Source: an uncultured Candidatus Binatia bacterium (GTDB taxonomy: Bacteria > Desulfobacterota > Binatia > UBA9968 > CAXXLF01). Taken from it: a stretch of 64,000 nt of DNA. Position 1 is the stretch's first letter. Each line of letters opens with the position of its first letter. Location of the stretch: positions 1-64,000 of the forward strand of contig OZ244621.1 of assembly GCA_965218425.1 (NCBI GenBank), written 5' to 3'. The notes below the pieces were generated by a model. That model was given only the letters and a program-made list of their open reading frames with translations. It was not told the origin of the DNA and made no database searches. This document shows, one piece after another, positions 58,181 to 64,000 of this stretch. The position numbers were made by a program, and so were the translations under genes.

Positions 58181-59230
58181 TCAACTCACTTTGAGAAGCG
58201 GGAATATCCTTTTTGCCGTACCGGCAAAGATCTTCATCTTATCCTCAGCACTGAGAAAGCCAATGCTGTCAATCACTGGAATCAGGTCATCCGAGGGTTT
58301 GTCCGTTTCTGGATTCATGACTCCAGAGCCTGTGCCCGGAGCCTCGGTTCCGAAAAGCATGCGCTCTGTTCCTCTTTGTTTGATGGCGGTGGCAAGAAAG
58401 TCCTTGTCATAAGCACAGGTATCAAAGAATAGATTGTTGCTGAGGTCCATTTGGCGACGGCCTCCTCCTTGCCTCTGAATCCCCATACCCACCTGGCCCC
58501 CTGAGGATTCCCCGGAGGCTCTGGACCCGCGAGGAAGGATGCGTCTGAGCGCGCCACCGCAATGGCAGATGATGATCTTGAGGTTTGGAAACCGTTCGAA
58601 GACATCGCTGTGCTCCAGAAGGAGCGTGGCCAAAGTCTCCTCCGTAACGTTATTGTACTGGTAATTGTGGGGAATGATTTCAATGCGAGGGTCCCGACTG
58701 ATGGAAGGGTGAACAATGAGAGGAGCGTTCCACTCCTGTGCCTTTTCATAGAGTGGAAACCAGTATTCCTTGTCCATGCCAGGCGTTTGCCGATCCGCGC
58801 CAGGATCCGGGTTCACCATGGCACCCACGAATCCCAACTCTTTGATGCATCTTTCGAGTTCCGGGATACAGTTTTTGCTGTCCAATTTGGAATTTTGGGG
58901 GAGCTGGGCGATCCCCACAAAGCGGTTTGGATACATTTTACAGTGCTGTTGGATGATATTGTTTGTGATTCGAGTCCATTTTTCCACGAGGAAGGCCGCC
59001 TCCCAGTGCATAAACGCCACCGGTCTGGCTGAAATCATCTGGACATCGATATTTCTGTCATCCATTATCCTCAGGTGCCGCTCTAGGGCTGTCTGCATAA
59101 GTTCATCGGAGATCTCAAGGTCTCCGTCCCCCGGGCTCCTCAGGGCGATAAGATTATAGGCGTAGGCCCTGAAATGGGGTGGGGTCGACATATGACCATG
59201 CACGTCAATTACTTTTTGTCCGTTATACAT
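58181..59230 (-). CDS. Amidohydrolase, LigY/LigJ-like
   Basis: IDVHGH, QMISARP, QLPQ, NPDP, CHCGG, FDT, FGTEAPG. Confidence 0.8.
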   Translation of the reverse strand: MYNGQKVIDVHGHMSTPPHFRAYAYNLIALRSPGDGDLEISDELMQTALERHLRIMDDRNIDVQMISARPVAFMHWEAAFLVEKWTRITNNIIQQHCKMYPNRFVGIAQLPQNSKLDSKNCIPELERCIKELGFVGAMVNPDPGADRQTPGMDKEYWFPLYEKAQEWNAPLIVHPSISRDPRIEIIPHNYQYNNVTEETLATLLLEHSDVFERFPNLKIIICHCGGALRRILPRGSRASGESSGGQVGMGIQRQGGGRRQMDLSNNLFFDTCAYDKDFLATAIKQRGTERMLFGTEAPGTGSGVMNPETDKPSDDLIPVIDSIGFLSAEDKMKIFAGTAKRIFPLLKVS

Positions 59231-59477
59231 CGTTTTCTCCTTTCACTGCTGGCTCTTTTAGTGCCGGGGACTGGGAGCAATAAATTATTGGTTAAAATTC
59301 ACCATACTTTCTCGACGTCTACTTAGAGAAAAAATGGAGATCCTATCAAGAAAGAGAGCGGGTCCATTGACTTAGCCATAGCAATCGTGATTTAGTTAAC
59401 CCTACCGAATGTAATTCCTTCGGGTAACCCATAAGTCCTTAAATGTTTGTGCGGCCATTAACTCAAGGGAGGTGCTT

Positions 59478-59864
59478 ATGAAAACTGTCCGAATATTTTT
59501 GGTTGCCGCCTTGGCCCTGTTCTTGTTTCTCGACAGCAGTTGGGCGCAAGGGAAAAGAGGCTCCAGCGGAAAGCGGTTAAAGGAAATGACGGTGGTAATC
59601 AGCGAGGTGGGCGATGCTACCATTGGCTATCAAGTGGAGCGAAGGGGAAGGCTTCGTACGACATACATCGGAATCGCTTCAGTGACCAAGATCAAAAAAG
59701 ATGGCAAGGATCTAACTATTAAGGAGCTAAAGAAAACCGATAAGGTGGTTGTCACTTTGTACCAAGATCCTGAGGATCCCTATTTCCCTGCCCTCTCTGT
59801 CAAAGTGATCGGCAAGGGAGAGCTGATGAAGCGCGCTCGAAAGGGAAAGAAAAAGAAAAGTTAG
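59478..59864 (+). CDS. Secreted basic hypothetical protein (OB-fold-like)
   Basis: Signal peptide ending SWA-Q; Lys/Arg rich; GGGAGG RBS. Confidence 0.65.
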   Translation: MKTVRIFLVAALALFLFLDSSWAQGKRGSSGKRLKEMTVVISEVGDATIGYQVERRGRLRTTYIGIASVTKIKKDGKDLTIKELKKTDKVVVTLYQDPEDPYFPALSVKVIGKGELMKRARKGKKKKS

Positions 59865-59897
59865 TTCCTCGAGCCCTTTTCCGATCCCGTGTGGGGT

Positions 59898-60644
59898 TTA
59901 ATCGGGCTTACCCAGCAGTCTTGAGTAAAATCGCCAAGCGGAAGTGAGGTGTCCCGTGGTTCTACGTCCTCCTTCCGCTGTCATGTTGCCAATGCTCTCA
60001 AAGGCTTTGATGTCCTCGTCGGGAATGGGTTCCGGAGTACCCAAAAGGGACGCCTGGTAATTCATTTCCGCTAGTTGGTTGAGCTTGATGGCCGTAACCG
60101 TGGCTTCTTGAACGCTTTGGCCAACTGAAGTGATGCCGTGGCCTCGCATGAGACAGACTCTTTTATCGCCGATGGCCTGAGCAAACTCTTTGCCTCGCTC
60201 GTCATTGGAAATCAAAATACTCCGTCTGTAATTAGCGATACCATCCGTATAGATTCTGAGGCCCGATGGGTCGTAGGCGCCGTAAAGGGGAAGGAGCGGC
60301 TTGTTGCAGATGGTAAAAAGGACCACGGTGGGCGGGTGAATATGAATGACGCTTTGCACGTCCGGCCTGGTTTTATAGATCCAAGTGTGAATGAAGACCT
60401 CCTGGGGCCGGGCGAGGCCTTCGTCTCCCTCCAGCTTGTTCCCGTTGAGGTCAACCGTGATGACCTCTCGGGCCGTGGTGAACCTCACCCCTTCTTCCTC
60501 GGGACCCCTTGCCCTGATGAGGACCTTGTCGGTTCCTTCAACCCGAGCGCTCACATGGCCGGTTGCTTCTTTGGTCAAATTCAATTTTCCCAGGATGCGG
60601 CAAGACTCCGCAACGACCTCTTTGAGTTCCTGCACATTTGCCAT
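59898..60644 (-). CDS. Class II aldolase/adducin family protein (3,4-dihydroxyphthalate decarboxylase-like)
   Basis: GHVSAR, RARGPEEEGVRFT, EVFIH, VIHIH, MRGHG. Confidence 0.8.
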   Translation of the reverse strand: MANVQELKEVVAESCRILGKLNLTKEATGHVSARVEGTDKVLIRARGPEEEGVRFTTAREVITVDLNGNKLEGDEGLARPQEVFIHTWIYKTRPDVQSVIHIHPPTVVLFTICNKPLLPLYGAYDPSGLRIYTDGIANYRRSILISNDERGKEFAQAIGDKRVCLMRGHGITSVGQSVQEATVTAIKLNQLAEMNYQASLLGTPEPIPDEDIKAFESIGNMTAEGGRRTTGHLTSAWRFYSRLLGKPD

Positions 60645-60653
60645 ATGTCCTCC

Positions 60654-61781
60654 CTACTTTCTGAAGACCTTGTCCAATAGCTTGTCGGCCGGTCTCCGAT
60701 CCACAAACCTGGAGTCGTCCCCATCGAAATAAGGACGCCCTTCTACCCTGATCCGTTCCTCAGGAATCATATCTTTTGGGACGTCTATCCTGAGGGAATT
60801 GGGCCGTCTTCTTTTCAACACGTCTTTTCCCTCCTGCATGAGCAACTGGGCGTCACGGGAGAGGAGCCAATTCATGAATACCTTTGCCGCATTTGGATGA
60901 GTCGCCTTCTTGAGGAAACTCATGGTGTGACCGCCGGAAGTCAAAGTGCCACCTTCCTTGAGAGTATTGATCTGTCCCAGGGGAAGCCCCTGATCGATGG
61001 CGTCGCCTACCTCGGAGGTCGGACAGGGAAGACAGATGCTGAACCTGCCTTTGGCGAGCCAATCGATGGGCTGGCGATAGTCCCGGGCTATGGTCACCTT
61101 CTGACCGCCGTAGAGCCGTGTCATGAATTCGGGGCCCAGGGTGGGCATGTAGTACATGAACAGTAGCGGGGTGTCTGCTCCCCGCATTCTGGGATCCATG
61201 GCGGTAATTTTACCCTTCCACTTGGGATTGAGAAGATCTCTGTAAGACTTGAACTCCTTGGGATTCACCAACTTTGTATTGTAATTGATATTCACCCCGC
61301 CAGCGTTTCCCACGAAAACGAAAACATGCTTCGTTTGCGGGTCCAGATACTTGTGTCTTCCCTGCCACCATTTGGATTCATCCACCACGTCAGGAAGACT
61401 CAGATGAGGAGCGATGGGCTGCGTGAGATTATTAACGTACAAGGTGCCAAAATTCGAGCCCTTGCCGCCTATGAATATGTCTGGAATGTACTTACCCGCT
61501 CGGCGCTCCGCGATGATTTTTGGGCCCAGGAGCGATCCCCTGCCTGGCTCGAACTTCACATCAATTGCAGGGTAGGCCTTTTTGAAAGCCTTTAGCATTG
61601 AATAATACCCGCGGAACGGGTGACCTGCGTAAATGACAACCTTCCCTTCTTTTTGTGCTGCCCTAACAGTTGCCTGCCAGTCCTTCTCCTGAGCGAAAAT
61701 TGCATGGTTCGGCAACCCCATCAATATCGCATAAACGGTTAAAGAAACGGTCATCCTTACCAAGGCAATCCTAAATCTCAT
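60654..61781 (-). CDS. ABC-type extracellular solute-binding protein
   Basis: Signal peptide, AAQKEGKVVIY, YNTKLV, DLLNPKWKGK, HPNAAKVFMNWLLS. Confidence 0.85.
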   Translation of the reverse strand: MRFRIALVRMTVSLTVYAILMGLPNHAIFAQEKDWQATVRAAQKEGKVVIYAGHPFRGYYSMLKAFKKAYPAIDVKFEPGRGSLLGPKIIAERRAGKYIPDIFIGGKGSNFGTLYVNNLTQPIAPHLSLPDVVDESKWWQGRHKYLDPQTKHVFVFVGNAGGVNINYNTKLVNPKEFKSYRDLLNPKWKGKITAMDPRMRGADTPLLFMYYMPTLGPEFMTRLYGGQKVTIARDYRQPIDWLAKGRFSICLPCPTSEVGDAIDQGLPLGQINTLKEGGTLTSGGHTMSFLKKATHPNAAKVFMNWLLSRDAQLLMQEGKDVLKRRRPNSLRIDVPKDMIPEERIRVEGRPYFDGDDSRFVDRRPADKLLDKVFRK

Positions 61782-61817
61782 GTAAACGTCCTGCGAGCAA
61801 ACACGAATGAGGCTTCA

Positions 61818-62573
61818 CTATTTCTGAAGCAATTTTTTATAATAGCGCCAGAAGGAGGGTTCTCCCGTGGTGCTCGGCCCCTCAAGCCTTCTTCGCGCGC
61901 CCCTGGCCCACCGCTCCTGATATTCAATGATATCCCTGTCAGGAACCGGCTTGGGGGTCCCGATGGCATAGGCCATGTAGTTTATCCTGGCCAGCTCGAA
62001 TACGTTCAGGCTGATGGATGTGGACTCCTCAACGCTTTTTCCGGCGGTGGTCAAGCCGTGGCCCAGGAGAAGGCAGGCATTTTTCTCACCTATAACATTC
62101 ATGAAATCCTTGCCCAATTCTTCGTTGACGATGGTTACGGTGCGGGGATAGAGGGGGATGCCTTCCACACAGAGTTTCATGCATTGAGGGTTATAAGCGG
62201 CAAAGATGGGCAGCAGGGGTTTTTCCGCTGCAGTTAACGCCACCACCCAATCCGGATGAGTATGGATGACGCTCTGCACATCTTCCCTCTCCTTGAATAC
62301 GGCCAGATGCATGTCGGTCTCATGGGGCGCATCCAGCCCCTTTGCCGCCTCGATGACTTTCCCATTGATGTCAATGGTAATGATGTCGGTCTCGGTGGCA
62401 AATTGAAGGGCGGCCTCATCCGGCCCCTTGGATTTGATGAGAATCCTGTCAGTGCCCGGGATCCTTACGCTGACATGCCCGAAAGAACCCTGGGTGACAC
62501 CACGAAATCCCAATATGCGACATGAAAAGGCGACTTTCTTTTTCAGCTCTTTGATGGTTTGGGCTTTTGTCAT
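61818..62573 (-). CDS. Class II aldolase/adducin family protein (paralog of 59898-60644)
   Basis: GHVSVR, KGPDEAALQF, ETDMH, VIHTH, LLGHG. Confidence 0.8.
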   Translation of the reverse strand: MTKAQTIKELKKKVAFSCRILGFRGVTQGSFGHVSVRIPGTDRILIKSKGPDEAALQFATETDIITIDINGKVIEAAKGLDAPHETDMHLAVFKEREDVQSVIHTHPDWVVALTAAEKPLLPIFAAYNPQCMKLCVEGIPLYPRTVTIVNEELGKDFMNVIGEKNACLLLGHGLTTAGKSVEESTSISLNVFELARINYMAYAIGTPKPVPDRDIIEYQERWARGARRRLEGPSTTGEPSFWRYYKKLLQK

Positions 62574-62603
62574 AGTTCCTCGCTCGTGAGCCGGACGTTT
62601 CTC

Positions 62604-63611
62604 CTAGTTGAGCTTCAGGTTAAAGAGTTTCTTGGCATTCTCTTCAAAAATCGCCTTACGATCCGCCTCACTCAACCACTCGATGCTCTCAATCACCGGC
62701 CTCAGATCATCCAGGTACCGCCCGGTGTCGGGATGAACGGCTGTCCCCGTGCCCGGCTTCTCCGTGCCGTACATACAGCGATCGACGCCCGCCACCTTGA
62801 AGAGCAGATCCAGCCCATCTTTCGAATAGAGGCAGGTATCAAAGTAGAGTTTCCGAATGGCGTCTTCAAATCTTTCACCGCCCCGCTGAAATCTCGGCGC
62901 CATGAAACGTCCCATCTGATAAGGAATGGCACCACCGCCGTGGGAGATGATGATCTTCAGCTTGGGGAAATCATGGAAGACCTTCGAGCTCAGTAGGGAC
63001 ATAATGGCAATGCTTTCTTCGTTGATGAAATGGAGGCTGTAGGTCAAGCGGGTGGACTGGCAGCTTGCCGTGTGTACGTGCCCGGGAACGTCCAATTCAA
63101 CCAACTTTTCGTAGAGTGGATACCAAAACTCATCTCCCATCCCTGGAGTTTCATCACCACCCCGCTCCCCGGGATCCGGATTAACGAGGCAGCCCACAAA
63201 GCCTAACTCCTTAACGGCGCGTTCCAATTCTGGAATACAGTTCTTTGGACTGACACCCGGGGACTGCGGGAGACCCGCCACTCCCTGAAAGACGTCCGGG
63301 TGGAGTTTGCATTGCCGAGCGATGATATTATTGGTCTCTTCGGCAAACCAGTGCACGAGCCTTTCCGGCTGTTTCCACATCATCTGTGAAAAGGGTCTTG
63401 GGGAGATCAGTTGAAAGCCAATCTGCCCTTGCTTGAGATGCTCCATGTGGGATTTCGAACCAAAGGTCGGACTATTGAGGATCTGTTCAATACGCTCGTC
63501 ACTCACATTGACTTTTCCACGACCATGGGCCCCGCGGCTGGACAGTAACCCAACGTGATAGGCCTGAAGCTCCGGTGGGGCGGTGGTGTGACCATGCATG
63601 TCAATCAACAT
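62604..63611 (-). CDS. Amidohydrolase, LigY-like meta-cleavage product hydrolase
   Basis: IDMHGH, RGAHGRG, QLISPRPF, WYPLYEKL, YSLHFINEE, SHGGGAIPYQMGRF match Sphingobium LigY as I recall its sequence. Confidence 0.8.
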   Translation of the reverse strand: MLIDMHGHTTAPPELQAYHVGLLSSRGAHGRGKVNVSDERIEQILNSPTFGSKSHMEHLKQGQIGFQLISPRPFSQMMWKQPERLVHWFAEETNNIIARQCKLHPDVFQGVAGLPQSPGVSPKNCIPELERAVKELGFVGCLVNPDPGERGGDETPGMGDEFWYPLYEKLVELDVPGHVHTASCQSTRLTYSLHFINEESIAIMSLLSSKVFHDFPKLKIIISHGGGAIPYQMGRFMAPRFQRGGERFEDAIRKLYFDTCLYSKDGLDLLFKVAGVDRCMYGTEKPGTGTAVHPDTGRYLDDLRPVIESIEWLSEADRKAIFEENAKKLFNLKLN

Positions 63612-63809
63612 AAGAATCTCCTTATCTAAAGGGGAGAGAATTAAAGTCGTTTATAAAAGGCGGCTTATTGACGGTGGCTCTTTTTCCAACAAGCCGGTCG
63701 CTCTTGAAGTAGTATAGAGGGCGCCACGTTGTCAAGTAGCGAGGGTCAGCGGAAAGATGGCAGGCTTGACTAAGTAAGGACACTCGATTAGGGATGACAG
63801 GGTTTAGCC

Positions 63810-64000
63810 ATGGAGGATACAATCAAATTAGCCACCATCGAGACGGGGGGCACCTGGGGCCGGCTCGGCAATTGGCTCGCGGCCAGTCTAAAACCGGCTG
63901 GATTCGAAGTCCAAATGTTGAAGCGCGGCGGTGAGATCCCTGAGACGGCCTATCGGGTGGACAGCGGAGAGGCCGACCTGTCCGTAACCACCACCTTTGG
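63810..64000 (+). CDS. TAXI-family TRAP solute-binding protein (5' part only)
   Basis: MEDTIKLATIETGGTW...VDSGEADLSVT, open to the window end. Confidence 0.55.
   Translation, partial: MEDTIKLATIETGGTWGRLGNWLAASLKPAGFEVQMLKRGGEIPETAYRVDSGEADLSVTTTF

Noticed and set aside
137..63822. The many short ORFs in the track that overlap called genes
   Set aside because: Antisense or alternate-frame shadows of well-supported CDSs with no motifs or RBS
1..64000. CRISPR array, rRNA, prophage or integrase
   Set aside because: No regularly spaced repeats, rRNA-like tracts, phage structural genes or recombinases seen; the only long repeat is the IS3 pair

Overview
Bacterial chromosomal window of roughly 52-55% GC (visual estimate). 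The gene complement (many amidohydrolase_2 paralogs, orphan solute-binding proteins, an orphan Mo-hydroxylase large subunit) resembles Candidatus Binatia / former Deltaproteobacteria; this assignment is an inference. Housekeeping content: dnaA with three upstream DnaA boxes but no dnaN/recF/gyrB or rpmH neighbours, tRNA-Met(CAT), thrB, orphan nuoB, polyprenyl synthase plus menG, a stand-alone 5'-3' exonuclease, rhodanese-MoeB, thiI, mocA and a RavA/ViaA-like pair. Mobile DNA: two apparently identical, intact IS3-family copies in direct orientation (3829-5096 and 56361-57628, each with its own 4-bp target duplication) and decayed IS256 and IS481 relics. Accessory metabolism dominates. One locus joins a TRAP transporter, a B12-radical-SAM enzyme, an amidohydrolase and a deiodinase-like protein (10.8-17.5 kb). 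A ~16 kb aromatic-catabolism region (47.5-64 kb) encodes a Rieske oxygenase, dihydrodiol dehydrogenase, a LigAB-like dioxygenase with a rearranged active site, three tandem RraA/HMG aldolases, a heme-oxygenase-like diiron enzyme, an IS-disrupted cupin, two LigY/LigJ-like amidohydrolases and two class II aldolase/decarboxylases. No CRISPR array, rRNA or prophage was seen. All family calls come from motif recognition by eye, not database searches.
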